A stretch of DNA of 64,000 bases. It comes from the human T2T-CHM13v2.0 reference genome, Homo sapiens. This document shows positions 29,717 to 46,007 of this stretch, piece after piece. How positions within the stretch are numbered: the stretch's first letter is position 1; every line of letters starts with the position of its first letter. The translations under genes were made by a program, and so were the position numbers. Under the pieces are notes generated by a model. That model made no database searches, was not told the DNA's origin, and was given only the letters and a program-made list of their open reading frames with translations. Location of the stretch: assembly GCF_009914755.1 (NCBI RefSeq), contig NC_060937.1; one strand, written 5' to 3'.

Positions 29717-32700
29717 TTGTGTACTGTACATAATATATTAAATCGCCCAAATATATATTGTATACTGTATATAAAATATGAAGGTACTTCAAATATATAT
29801 TATATGCTGCACATAAAATATCAAAGTACCCAAAGTATGCATTACATACTGTACATAAAATATCAAAGTACACAAATTATATATTATATTCTGTACACAA
29901 AATATGTAGGTTCATCAAATATATTTTATATTCTGTACATAATATATCAAAGTACATCAAATATATATTATATACGGTACATAAAATATCAAAGTACCCA
30001 AAATATGTACTATTTACTGTACATAAAATATGAAAGTAACCAAACTTTTATAATAAACTGTACATAAAATATCAAAGTACTCAATCTACATATTATATAC
30101 AGTATATAAAATATCAAAGTACACAAACTGTATATTATATACTGTACATAATATATCAAAGTACCCAGAATATATAGCATACTGTACATACAATATCAAA
30201 GTACCCAGAATGTATATTGTATACTGTACATAAAATATGAAGGTACATCAAAGATATATTATATTCTGTACATAAAATATCAAAGTACACCAAATATATA
30301 TTATATGCTGTACATAATATATTAAAGTTGCCCATGTATACATTTTATACTGTACATAAAATATGAAGGTACATCAAATATATAGTATATGCTGCACATA
30401 AAATATCAAAGTACCCAAAGTATGTATTATATACTGTACATAAAATATCAAAGTACCAAAAGTATATATTACCTACTGTAAATAAAATATGAAGATACCT
30501 CAAATATATATTATATTCTGTACATGAAATATCAAAGTACACCAAGTATATACTATATACTCTACATAAAATATTAAATTACCCACAATATGTATTGTAT
30601 TGTGTACATAAAATATGAAAGTAACCAAACATTTATAATAAACTGTACATAAAATATCAAAGTACTCAAACTTTATATTATATACTGTACATAAAGTATC
30701 AAAGTACCCAAACTGTGTAGTATATACTGTACATAAAATATCAAGGTACCCAAAATGTATATTGTAAACTGTAGATAAAATATCAAAGTACCCAAAATAT
30801 ATATTATATACTGTACATAAAATATGAAGGCACATCCAATATATATTATATTCTGTACATAAAATATCAAAGTACACCAAATGTATATTATATACTGTAC
30901 ATAAAATATAAAACTACCCCAAATATATCTTATATACTGTACATAAAATATCAAAGTACCCAAAATATATATTATATACTGTACATAATATATCAAAGTA
31001 CCCATAGTATGTATTATATCCTGTACATAAAATATGAAAGTACGTCAAATATATATTCTATTCTGCACATAAAATATCATATTGCACCAAATATATATTG
31101 TATACTGTATATAAAATATGAAGGTACTTCAAATATATATTATATGCTGCACATAAAATATCAAAGTACCCAAAGTATGCATTATATACTGTACATAAAA
31201 TATCAAAGTACCCAAAGTGTATATTATATACTGTACATAAAATATGAAGGTTCATCAAATATATTTTATATTCTGCACATAATATATCAAAGTACAGCAA
31301 ATATATATTATATACTGTACATAAAATAACAAAGTACCAAAAATATGTATTATATACTGTACATAAAATATGAAAGTAACCAAATATTTATAATAAACTG
31401 TATATAAAATATCAAAGTACTCAAACTACATATTATATACAGTATATAAAATATCAAAGTACCCAAACTATATATTATATACTGTACATACTATAGCAAA
31501 GTACCCGAATATATAGCATACTGTACATAAAATATCAAATTACCCAAAATATATATTGTATACTGTACATAAAATATGAAGGTACATCAAAGATATATTA
31601 TATTCTGTACATAAAATATCAAAGTACACCAAATATATATTATATGCTGTACAGAATATATTAAAGTCGACCAAATGTATATTATATACTGTACATAAAA
31701 TATGAAGGTACATCAAATATATATTATATGCTGCACATAAAATATCAAAGTACCCAAAGTATGTGTTATATACTGTACATAAAATATCAAAGTACCCAAA
31801 GTATATATTATATACTGTACATAAAATATAAAATACCCCAAATATATATTATATGCTGTACATAAAATATCAAAGTACACAAAATATGCATTATGTACTG
31901 TACATAAATTATCAAAGGACCCAAAATATATATTATATAGTGTACATAAAATATCAAAATACCCAAAATATACATTATATACTGTACATAAAATACCAAA
32001 GTACCCAAAGTATATATTATATACTGTATAAAAAATATCAAAGTAGCCAAAATATGTATTATACACTGTACATAATATATGAAAGTACCCAAACATTTAT
32101 AATAAACTGTACATAAAATATCAATGTACTCAAACTATATATTATGTGCGGTACTTAAGATATCAAAGTACCCATACTATATAGTATGTACTGTACTTAA
32201 AATATCAAAATACCCAAAATATATATTATATACGTTACATAAACTATCAAATACACAAAGTATGTATTACATACTGTACATAAAATAGCAAAGTTCCCAA
32301 AATATGTATTATATACTGTACATAAAATATGAAAGTAACCAACCATTTATAATAAACTCTACATAAAATACCAAAGTACCCAAACTGTGTATTATATACT
32401 CTCCATAAAATATCAAAGTACCCAAAATATATATTGTCAACTGTACATAAAATATCAAAGTAGCCAAAATATATATAGTATACCGTACATAAAATATAAA
32501 AGTACCCCAAATATGTATTATATACTGTACATAAAATATCAAAGTACCCAAAGTATATATTATATACTGTACATAAAATATAAAATACCCCAAATATATA
32601 TTATATCCTGTACATAAAATATCAAAGTACCCAAAATATATATTGTAAACTGTACATAAAATATCAAAGTAGCCAAAATATATATTGTATACTGTCCATA

Positions 32701-33232
32701 AAATATAAAAGTACCCCAAATATGTATTATATACTGTACATAAAATATCAAAGTACCGATAATACATATTATATACTGTACATAAAATATCAGAGGACCC
32801 AAAATAAACATTATATACTGTACATAAAATATCCAAATACTCACAATATATATTACATACTGTACATAAAATATCAAAGTACCCAAATTATGTATTATAT
32901 ACTGTACGTAAAATATCAGAGTACCCAAAATATGCATTATATACTGTACATAAAATATGAAAGTAACAAAACATTTATAATAAACTGTACATAAAATATC
33001 AAAGTACTCAAACTATATATCATATACTGTACATAAAATATCAAAGTACCCAAACTGTGTATTATTATATACTGTATATAAAATATCAAAGTACCTGAAA
33101 TATATATTGTATACTGTACATAAAATATCAAAGTACCCAAAATATATACTATATACTGTACATAAAATATGAAGGTACATCAAATATATATTATATCCTG
33201 TACATAAAATATCAAAGTACACCTATTATATA
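29717..33232 (+). repeat. HOR type B variant, net +209 bp (3516 bp)
   Basis: 3516 = 3307+209. Rearranged at ~32530-32720, where the sequence switches to that seen at ~48865 onward. Confidence 0.82.
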
Positions 33233-36200
33233 TTGTGTACTGTACATAATATATTAAATCGCCCAAATATATATTGTATACTGTATATAAAATATGAAGG
33301 TACTTCAAATATATATTATATGCTGCACATAAAATATCAAAGTACCCAAGGTATGCATTACATACTGTACATAAAATATCAAAGTACACATATTATATAT
33401 TATATAATATACATAAAATATGAAGGTTCATCAAATATATATTATATTCTGTACATAATATATCAAAGTACATCAAATATATATTATATACTGTACATAA
33501 AATATCAAAGTACCAAAAATATGTATTATATACTGTACATAAAATATGAAAGTAACCAAACATTTATAATAAACTGTACATAAAATATCAAAGTACTCAG
33601 TCTACATATTATATACAGTATATAAAATATCAAAGTACACACACTGTATATTATATACTGTACATAATATATCAAAATACCCAGAATATATAGCATACTG
33701 TACATAAAATATCAAAGTACCCAAAATATATATTGTATACTGTACATAAAATATGAAGGTACATCAAAGATATATTATATTCTGTACATAAAATATCAAA
33801 CTACACCAAATATATATTATATGCTGTACATAATATATTAAAGTTGCCCATATATACATTATATACTGTACTTAAAATATGAACGTACATCAAATATATA
33901 GTATATGCTGCACATAAAATATCAAAGTACCCAAAGTATGTATTATACACTGTACATAAAATATCAAAGTACCAAAAGTATATATTACATACTGTAAATA
34001 AAATATGAAGGTACCTCAAATATATATTATATTCTGTACATAAAACATCAAAGTACACCAAGTATATACTATATACTCTGCATAAAATTTTAAATTACCC
34101 AAAATATGTATTGCATTGTGTACATAAAATATGAAAGTAACCAAACATTTATAATAAACTGTACATAAAATTTCAAAGTACTCAAACTGTATATTATATA
34201 CTGTACATAAAGTATCAAAGTACCCAAACTGTGTAGTATATACTGTACATAAAATATCAAGGTACCCAAAATATATATTGTAAACTGTAGATAAAATATC
34301 AAAGTACCCAAAATATATATTATATACTGTACATAAAATATGAAGGCACATCCAATATATACTATATTCTGTACATAAAATATCAAAGTACACCAAATGT
34401 ATATTATATACTGTACAAAAAATATCAAAGTACCCAAAGTGTATATTATATACTGTACATAAAATATGAAGGTTCATCAAATATATTTTATATTCTGCAC
34501 ATAATATATCAAAGTACAGCAAATATATATTATATACTGTACATAAAATACCAAAGTACCCAAAATATGTATTATATACTGTACATAAAATATGAAAGTA
34601 ACCAAACATTTATAATAAACTGTACATAAAGTATCAAAGTACTCAATCTACATATTATATACAGTATATAAAATATCAAAGTACCCAAACTGTATATTAT
34701 ATACTGTACATAATATATCAAAGTACCCGAATATATAGCATACTGTACATAAAATATCAAGGTACCCAAAGTGTGTATTATACACTGCACATAAAATATG
34801 AAGGTACATAAAATATATATTGTATTCTGTACATAAAATATCAAAGTACTCCAAATATATATTATATGCTGTACATAATATATTATAGTCGCCCAAATAT
34901 ATATTATATACTGTACATAAAATATGAAGGTACATCAAATATATATTATATGCTGCACATAAAATATCAAAGTACCCAAAGTATGTGTTATATACTGTAC
35001 ATAAAATATCAAAGTACCCAATGTATATATTATATACTGTACATAAAATATAAAATACCCCAAATATATATTATATGCTATACATAAAATATCAAAGTAC
35101 ACAAAATATGTATTATATACTGTACATAAAATACCAAAGGACCCAAAATATATATTATATACTGTACATAAAATATCAAAATACCCAAAATATATATTAT
35201 ATACTGTACATAAAATACCAAAGTACCCAAAGTATATATTATATACCGTACAAAAAATATCAAAGTAGCCAAAATATGTATTATACACTGTACATAATAT
35301 ATGAAAGTACCCAAACATTTATAATAAACTGTACATAAAATATCAATGTACTCAAACTATATATTATCTGCGGTACATAAGATATCAAAGTACCCATACT
35401 ATATAGTATATACTGTACTTAAAATATCAAAATACCCAAAATATATATTATATACGTTACATAAACTATCAAATACACAAAGTATGTATTATATACTGTA
35501 CATAAAATAGAAAAGTTCCCAAAATATGTATTATATATATTATAAATATGTACATAAAATATGAAAGTACCCAACCATTTATAATAAACTCTACATAAAA
35601 CACCAAAGTACCCAAACTGTGTATTATATACTGTCCATAAAATATCAAAGTACCCAAAATATATATTGTAAACTCTACATAAAATATCAAAGTAGCCAAA
35701 ATACATATTGTATACTGTACATAAAATATAAAAGTACCCCAAATATATATTATATACTGTACATAAAATATCAAAGTACCCATAATACATATTATATACT
35801 GTACATAAAATATCAAAGGACCCAAAATAAACATTATATACTGTACATAAAATATCCAAATACTCAAAATATATATTACATACTGTACATAAAATATCAA
35901 AGTACCCAAATTATGTACTATATACTGTACGTAAAATATCAGAGTACCCAAAATATGCATTATATACTGTACATAAAATATGAAAGTAACAAAACATTTA
36001 TAATAAACTGTACATAAAATATCAAAGTACTCAAACTATATATCATATACTGTACATAAAATATCAAAGTACCCAAACTGTGTATTATTATATACTGTAT
36101 ATAAAATATCAAAGTACCTGAAATATATATTGTATACTGTACATAAAATATCAAAGTACCCAAAATATATACTATATACTGTACATAAAATATGAAGGTA

Positions 36201-36255
36201 CATCAAATATATATTATATCCTGTACATAAAATAACAAAGTACACCTATTATATA
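33233..36255 (+). repeat. HOR type A' (3023 bp)
   Basis: Marker spacing 3023; +10 bp insertion at ~35538. Confidence 0.9.
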
Positions 36256-39200
36256 TTGTGTACTGTACATAATATATTAAATCGCCCAAATATATATTGT
36301 ATACTGTATATAAAATATGAAGGTACTTCAAATATATATTATATGCTGCACATAAAATATCAAAGTACCCAAGGTATGCATTACATACTGTACATAAAAT
36401 ATCAAAGTACACAAATTATATATTATATACTGTACATAAAATATGTAGGTTCATCAAATATATTTTATATTCTGTACATAATATATCAAAGTACATCAAA
36501 TATATATTATATACGGTACATAAAATATCAAATTACCCAAAATATATATTATTTACTGTACATAAAATATGAAAGTAACCAAACATTTATAATAAACTGT
36601 ACATAAATTATCAAAGTACTCAATCTACATATTATATACAGTATATAAAATATCAAAGTACACAAACTGTATATTATATACTGTACATAATATGTCAAAG
36701 TACCCAGAATATATAGCATACTGTACATACAATATCAAAGTACCCAAAATATATATTGTATACTGTACATAAAATATGAAGGTACATCAAAGATATATTA
36801 TATTCTGTACATAAAATATCAAAGTACACCAAATATATATTATATGCTGTACATAATATATTAAAGTTGCCCATGTATACATTTTATACTGTACATAAAA
36901 TATGAAGGTACATCAAATATATAGTATATGCTGCACATAAAATATCAAAGTACCCAAAGTATGTATTATATACTGTACATAAAATATCAAAGTACCAAAA
37001 GTATATATTACCTACTGTAAATAAAATGTGAAGATACCTCAAATATATATTATATTCTGTACATGAAATATCAAAGTACACCAAGTATATACTATATACT
37101 CTACATAAAATATTAAATTACCCAAAATATGTATTGTATTGTGTACATAAAATATGAAAATAACCAAACATTTATAATAAACTGTACATAAAATATCAAA
37201 GTACTCAAACTTTATTTTATATACTGTACATAAAGTATCAAAGTACCCAAACTGTGTAGTATATACTGTACATAAAATATCAAGGTACCCAAAATGTATA
37301 TTGTAAACTGTAGATAAAATATCAAAGTACCCAAAATATATATTATATACTGTACATAAAATATGAAGGCACATCCAATATATATTATATTCTGTACATA
37401 AAATATCAAAGTACACCAAATGTATATTATATACTGTACATAAAATATAAAACTACCCCAAATATATCTTATATACTCTACATAAAATATCAAAGTACCC
37501 AAAATATATATTATATACTGTACATAATATATCAAAGTACCCATAGTATGTATTATATCCTGTACATAAAATATGAAAGTACGTCAAATATATATTCTAT
37601 TCTGCACATAAAATATCATATTGCACCAAATATATATTGTATACTGTATATAAAATATGAAGGTACTTCAAATATATATTATATGCTGCACATAAAATAT
37701 CAAAGTACCCAAAGTATGCATTATATACTGTACATAAAATATCAAAGTACCCAAAGTGTATATTATATACTGTACATAAAATATGAAGGTTCATCAAATA
37801 TATTTTATATTCTGCACATAATATATCAAAGTACAGCAAATATATATTATATACTGTACATAAAATAACAAAGTAACAAAAATATGTATTATATACTGTA
37901 CATAAAATATGAAAGTAACCAAATATTTATAATAAACTGTATATAAAATATCAAAGTACTCAAACTACATATTATATACAGTATATAAAATATCAAAGTA
38001 CCCAAACTATATATTATATACTGTACATACTATATCAAAGTACCCGAATATAGAGCATACTGTACATAAAATATCAAATTACCCAAAATATATATTGTAT
38101 ACTGTACATAAAATATGAAGGTACATCAAAGATATATTATATTCTGTACATAAAATATCAAAGTACACCAAATATATATTATATGCTGTACAGAATATAT
38201 TAAAGTCGACCAAATGTATATTATATAGTGTACATAAAATATGAAGGTACATCAAATATATATTATATGCTGCACATAAAATATCAAAGTACCCAAAGTA
38301 TGTATTATATACTGTACATAAAATATCAAAGTACCCAAAGTATATATTATATACTGTACATAAAATATAAAATACCCCAAATATATATTATATGCTGTAC
38401 ATAAAATATCAAAGTACACAAAATATGCATTATGTACTGTACATAAATTATCAAAGGACCCAAAATATATATTATATAGTGTACATAAAATATCAAAATA
38501 CCCAAAATATATATTATATACTGTACATAAAATACCAAAGTACCCAAAGTATATATTATATACTGTATAAAAAATATCAAAGTAGCCAAAATATGTATTA
38601 TACACTGTACATAATATATGAAAGTACCCAAACATTTATAATAAACTGTACATAAAATATCAATGTACTCAAATTATATATTATGTGCGGTACATAAGAT
38701 ATCAAAGTACCCATACTATATAGTATGTACTGTACTTAAAATATCAAAATACCCAAAATATATATTATATACGTTACATAAACTATCAAATACACAAAGT
38801 ATGTATTACATACTGTACATAAAATAGCAAAGTTCCCAAAATATGTATTATATACTGTACATAAAATATGAAAGTAACCAACCATTTATAATAAACTCTA
38901 CATAAAATACCAAAGTACCCAAACTGTGTATTATATACTCTCCATAAAATATCAAAGTACCCAAAATATATATTGTCAACTGTACATAAAATATCAAAGT
39001 AGCCAAAATATATATAGTATACCATACATAAAATATAAAAGTACCCCAAATATGTATTATATACTGTACATAAAATATCAAAGTACCGATAATACATATT
39101 ATATAGTGTACATAAAATATCAGAGGACCCAAAATAAACATTATATACTGTACATAAAATATCCAAATACTCAAAATATATATTACATACTGTACATAAA

Positions 39201-39562
39201 ATATCAAAGTACCCAAATTATGTATTATATACTGTACATAAAATATCAGAGTACCCAAAATATGCATTATATACTGTACATAAAATATGAAAGTAACAAA
39301 ACATTTATAATAAACTGTACATAAAATATCAAAGTACTCAAACTATATATCATATACTGTACATAAAATATCAAAGTACCCAAACTGTGTATTATTACAT
39401 ACTGTATATAAAATATCAAAGTACCTGAAATATATACTGTATACTGTACATAAAATATCAAAGTACCCAAAATATATACTATATACTGTACATAAAATAT
39501 GAAGGTACATCAAATATATATTATATCCTGTACATAAAATATCAAAGTACACCTATTATATA
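36256..39562 (+). repeat. HOR type B (3307 bp)
   Basis: Marker spacing 3307; contains the B-specific 7-monomer block and SalI site GTCGAC at 38205. Confidence 0.9.
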
Positions 39563-42500
39563 TTGTGTACTGTACATAATATATTAAATCGCCCAAATAT
39601 ATATTGTATACTGTATATAAAATATGAAGGTACTTCAAATATATATTATATGCTGCACATAAAATATCAAAGTACCCAAAGTATGCATTACATACTGTAC
39701 ATAAAATATCAAAGTACACATATTATCTATTATATAATGTACATAAAATATGAAGGTTCATCAAATATATATTATATTCTGTACATAATATATCAAAGTA
39801 CATCAAATATATATTATATACTGTACATAAAATATCAAAGTACCAAAAATATGTATTATATACTGTACATAAAACATGAAAGTAACCAAACATTTATAAT
39901 AAACTGTACTTAAAATATCAAAGTACTCAATCTACATATTATATACAGTATATAAAATATCAAAGTACACAAACTGTATATTATATACTGTACATAATAT
40001 ATCAAAGTACCCAGAATATATAGCATACTGTACTTAAAATATCAAAGTACCCAAAATATATATTGTATACTGTACATAAAATATGAAGGTACATCAAAGA
40101 TATATTATATTCTGTACATAAAATATCAAAGTACACCAAATATATATTATATGCTGTACATAATATATTAAAGTTGCCCATATATACATTATATACTGTA
40201 CATAAAATATGAACGTACATCAAATATATAGTATATGCTGCACATAAAATATCAAAGTACCCAAAGTATGTATTATACACTGTACATAAAATATCAAAGT
40301 ACCAAAAGTATATATTACATACTGTAAATAAAATATGAAGGTACCTCAAATATATATTATATTCTGTACATAAAATATCAAAGTACACCAAGTATATACT
40401 ATATACTCTGCATAAAATATTAAATTACCCAAAATATGTATTGCATTGTGTACATAAAATATGAAAGTAACCAAACATTTATAATAAACTGTACATAAAA
40501 TATCAAAGTACTCAAACTGTATATTATATACTGTACATAAAGTATCAAAGTACCCAAACTGTGTAGTATATACTGTACATAAAATATCAAGGTACCCAAA
40601 ATATATATTGTAAACTGTAGATAAAATATCAAAGTACCCAAAATATATATTATATACTGTACATAAAATATGAAGGCACATCCAATATATATTATATTCT
40701 GTACATAAAATATCAAAGTACACCAAATGTATATTATATACTGTACATAAAATATCAAAGTACCCAAAGTGTATATTATATACTGTACATAAAATATGAA
40801 GATTCATCAAATATATTTTATATTCTGCACATAATATATCAAAGTACAGCAAATATATATTATATACTGTACATAAAATATCAAAGTACCCAAAATATGT
40901 ATTATATACTGTACATAAAATATGAAAGTAACCAAACATTTATAATAAACTGTACATAAAGTATCAAAGTACTCAAACTACATATTATATACAGTATATA
41001 AAATGTCAAAGTACCCAAACTGTATATTATATACTGTACATAATATATCAAAGTACCTGAATATATAGCATACTGTACATAAAATATCAAAGTACCCAAA
41101 GTGTGTATTATACACTGCACATAAAATATGAAGGTACATAAAATATATATTGTATTCTGTACATAAAATATCAAAGTACTCCAAATATATATTATATGCT
41201 GTACATAATATATTAAAGTCGCCCAAATATATATTATATACTGTACATAAAATATGAAGGTACATCAAATATATATTATATGCTGCACATAAAATATCAA
41301 AGTACCCAAAGTATGTGTTATATACTGTACATAAAATATCAAAGTACCCAAAGTATATATTATATACTGTACATAAAATATAAAATACCCCAAATATATA
41401 TTATATGCTGTACATAAAATATCAAAGTACACAAAATATGTATTATATACTGTACATAAAATACCAAAGGACCCAAAATATATATTATATACTGTACATA
41501 AAATATCAAAATACCCAAAATATATATTATATACTGTACATAAAATACCAAAGTACCCAAAGTATATATTATATACCGTACAAAAAATATCAAAGTAGCC
41601 AAAATATGTATTATACACTGTACATAATATATGAAAGTACCCAAACATTTATAATAAACTGTACATAAAATATCAATGTACTCAAACTATATATTATGTG
41701 CGGTACATAAGATATCAAATTACCCATACTATATAGTATATACTGCACTTAAAATATCAAAATACCCAAAATATATATTATATACGTTACATAAACTATC
41801 AAATACACAAAGTATGTATTATATACTGTACATAAAATAGCAAAGTTCCCAAAATATGTATTATATACTGTACATAAAATATGAAAGTACCCAACCATTT
41901 ATAATAAACTCTACATAAAATACCAAAGTACCCAAACTGTGTATTATATACTGTCCATAAAATATCAAAGGACCCAAAATATATATTGTAAACTGTACAT
42001 AAAATATCAAAGTAGCCAAAATACATATTGTATACTGTACATAAAATATGAAAGTACCCCAAATATGTATTATATACTGTACATAAAATATCAAAGTACC
42101 CATAATACATATTATATACTGTACATAAAATATCAAAGGACCCAAAATAAACATTATATACTGTACATAAAATATCCAAATACTCAAAATATATATTACG
42201 TACTGTACATAAAATATCAAAGTACCCAAATTATGTATTATATACTGTACGTAAAATATCAGAGTACCCAAAATATGCATTATATACTGTACATAAAATA
42301 TGAAAGTAACAATACATTTATAATAAACTGTACATAAAATATCAAAGTACTCAAACTATATATCATATACTGTACATAAAATATCAAAGTACCCAAACTG
42401 TGTATTATTATATACTGTATATAAAATATCAAAGTACCTGAAATATATACTGTATACTCTACATAAAATATCAAAGTACCCAAAATATATACTATATACT

Positions 42501-42575
42501 GTACATAAAATATGAAGGTACATCAAATATATATTATATCCTGTACATAAAATATCAAAGTACACCTATTATATA
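39563..42575 (+). repeat. HOR type A (3013 bp)
   Basis: Homologous ORFs at 39510 and 42523 are 3013 apart; lacks the +10 insertion. Confidence 0.9.
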
Positions 42576-45500
42576 TTGTGTACTGTACATAATATATTAA
42601 ATCGCCCAAATATATATTGTATACTGTATATAAAATATGAAGGTACTTCAAATATATATTATATGCTGCACATAAAATATCAAAATACCCAAAGTATGCA
42701 TTAAACACTGTACATAAAATATCAAAGTACACATATTATCTATTATATAATGTACATAAAATATGAAGGTTCATCAAATATATATTATATTCTGTACATA
42801 ATATATCAAAGTACATCAAATATATATTATATACTGTACATAAAATATCAAAGTACCAAAAATATGTATTATATACTGTACATAAAACATGAAAGTAACC
42901 AAACATTTATAATAAACTGTACATAAAATATCAAAGTACTCAATCTACATATTATATACAGTATATAAAATATCAAAGTACACAAACTGTATATTATATA
43001 CTGTACATAATATATCAAAGTACCCAGAATATATAGCATACTGTACATAAAATATCAAAGTACCCAAAATGTATATTGTATACTGTACATAAAATATGAA
43101 GGTACATCAAAGATATATTATATTCTGTACATAAAATATCAAAGTACACCAAATATATATTATATGCTGTACATAATATATTAAAGTTGCCCATATATAC
43201 ATTATATACTGTACATAAAATATGAACGTACATCAAATATATAGTATATGCTGCACATAAAATATCAAAGTACCCAAAGTACGTATTATACACTGTACAT
43301 AAAATATCAAAGTACCAAAAGTATATATTACATACTGTAAATAAAATATGAAGGTACCTCAAATATATATTATATTCTGTACATAAAATATCAAAGTACA
43401 CCAAGTATATACTATATACTCTGCATAAAATATTAAATTACCCAAAATATGTATTGAATTGTGTACATAAAATATGAAAGTAACCAAACATTTATAATAA
43501 ACTGTACATAAAATATCAAAGTACTCAAACTGTATATTATATACTGTACATAAAGTATCAAAGTACCCAAACTGTGTAGTATATACTGTACATAAAATAT
43601 CAAGGTACCCAAAATATATATTGTAAACTGTAGATAAAATATCAAAGTACCCAAAATATATATTATATACTGTACATAAAATATGAAGGCACATCCAATA
43701 TATATTATATTCTGTACATAATATATCAAAGTACACCAAATGTATATTATATACTGTACATAAACTATGAAAGTTCATCAAATATATTTTATATTCTGCA
43801 CATAATATATCAAAGTACAGCAAATATATATTATATACTGTACATAAAATATCAAAGTACCCAAAATATGTATTATATACTGTACATAAAATATGAAAGT
43901 AACCAAACATTTATAATAAACTGTACATAAAATATCAAAGTACTCAAACTGTATATTATATACTCTACATAAAGTATCAAAGTACCCAAACTGTGTAGTA
44001 TATACTGTACATAAAATATCAAGGTACCCAAAATATATATTGTAAACTGTAGATAAAATATCAAAGTACCCAAAATATATATTATATACTGTACATGAAA
44101 TATGAAGGCCCCTCCAATATATATTATACTCTGTACATAAAATATCAAAGTACACCAAATGTATATTATATACTGTACATAAAATATCAAAGTACCCAAA
44201 GTGTATATTATATACTGTACATAAACTATGAAGGTTCATCAAATATATTTTATATTCTGCACATAATATATCAAAGTACAGCAAATATATATTATATACT
44301 GTACATAAAATATCAAAGTACCCAAATTATGTATTATATACTGTACATAAAATATGAAAGTAAGCAAACATTTATAATAAACTGTACATAAAGTATCAAA
44401 GTACTCAAACTACATATTATATACAGTATATAAAATATCAAAGTACCCAAACTGTATATTATATAATGTACATAATATATCAAAGTACCCGAATATATAG
44501 CATACTCTACATAAAATATCAAAGTACCCAAAGTTTGTATTATACACTGCACATAAAATATGGAGGTACATCAAAGATATATTATATTCTGTACATAAAA
44601 TATCAAAGTACACCAAATATATGTTATATGCTGTACATAATATATTAAAGTCGACCAAATATATATTATATACTGTACATAAAATATGAAGGTACATCAA
44701 ATATATATTATATGCTGCACATAAAATATCAAAGTACCCAAAGTATGTGTTATATACTGTACATAAAATATCAAAGTACCCAAAGTATATATTATATACT
44801 GTACATAAAATATAAAATACCCCAAATATATATTATATGCTCTACATAAAATATCAAAGTACACAAAATATGTATTATATACTGTACATAAAATACCAAA
44901 GGACCCAAAATATATATTATATACTGTACATAAAATATCAAAATACCCAAAATATATATTATATACTGTACATAAAATACCAAAGTACCCAAAGTATATA
45001 TTATATACCGTACAAAAAATATCAAAGTAGCCAAAATATGTATTATACACTGTACATAATATATGAAAGTACCCAAACATTTATAATAAACTGTACATAA
45101 AATATCAATGTACTCAAACTATATATTATGTGCGGTACATAAGATATCAAAGTACCCATACTATATAGTATATACTGTACTTAAAATATCAAAATACCCA
45201 AAATATATATTATATACGTTACATAAACTATCAAATACACAAAGTATGTATTATATACTGTACATAAAATAGCAAAGTTCCCAAAATATGTATTATATAC
45301 TGTACATAAAATATGAAAGTACCCAACCATTTATAATAAAGTCTACATAAAATACCAAAGTACCCAAACTGTGTATTATATACTGTCCATAAAATATCAA
45401 AGGACCCAAAATATATATTGTAAACTCTACATAAAATATCAAAGTAGCCAAAATACATATTGTATACTGTACATAAAATATAAAAGTACCCCAAATATAT

Positions 45501-46007
45501 ATTATATACTGTACATAAAATATCAAAGTACCCATAATACATATTATACACTGTACATAAAATATCAAAGGACCCAAAATAAACATTATATACTGTACAT
45601 AAAATATCCAAATACTCAAAATATATATTACATACTGTACATAAAATATCAAAGTACCCAAATTATGTATTATACACTGTACGTAAAATATCAGAGTACC
45701 CAAAATATGCATTATATACTGTACATAAAATATGAAAGTAACAAAACATTTATAATAAACTGTACATAAAATATCAAAGTACTCAAACTATATATCATAT
45801 ACTCTACATAAAATATCAAAGTACCCAAACTGTGTATTATTATATACTGTATATAAAATATCAAAGTACCTGAAATATATACTGTATACTGTACATAAAA
45901 TATCAAAGTACCCAAAATATATACTATATACTGTACATAAAATATGAAGGTACATCAAATATATATTATATCCTGTACATAAAATATCAAAGTACACCTA
46001 TTATATA
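42576..46007 (+). repeat. HOR type A variant with 461-bp internal duplication and one monomer lost (3432 bp)
   Basis: 3432 = 3013+461-42. The 183-aa versus 197-aa ORF shows the 14-codon loss; homologous ORF ends at 43873 and 44334 are 461 apart. Confidence 0.85.
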
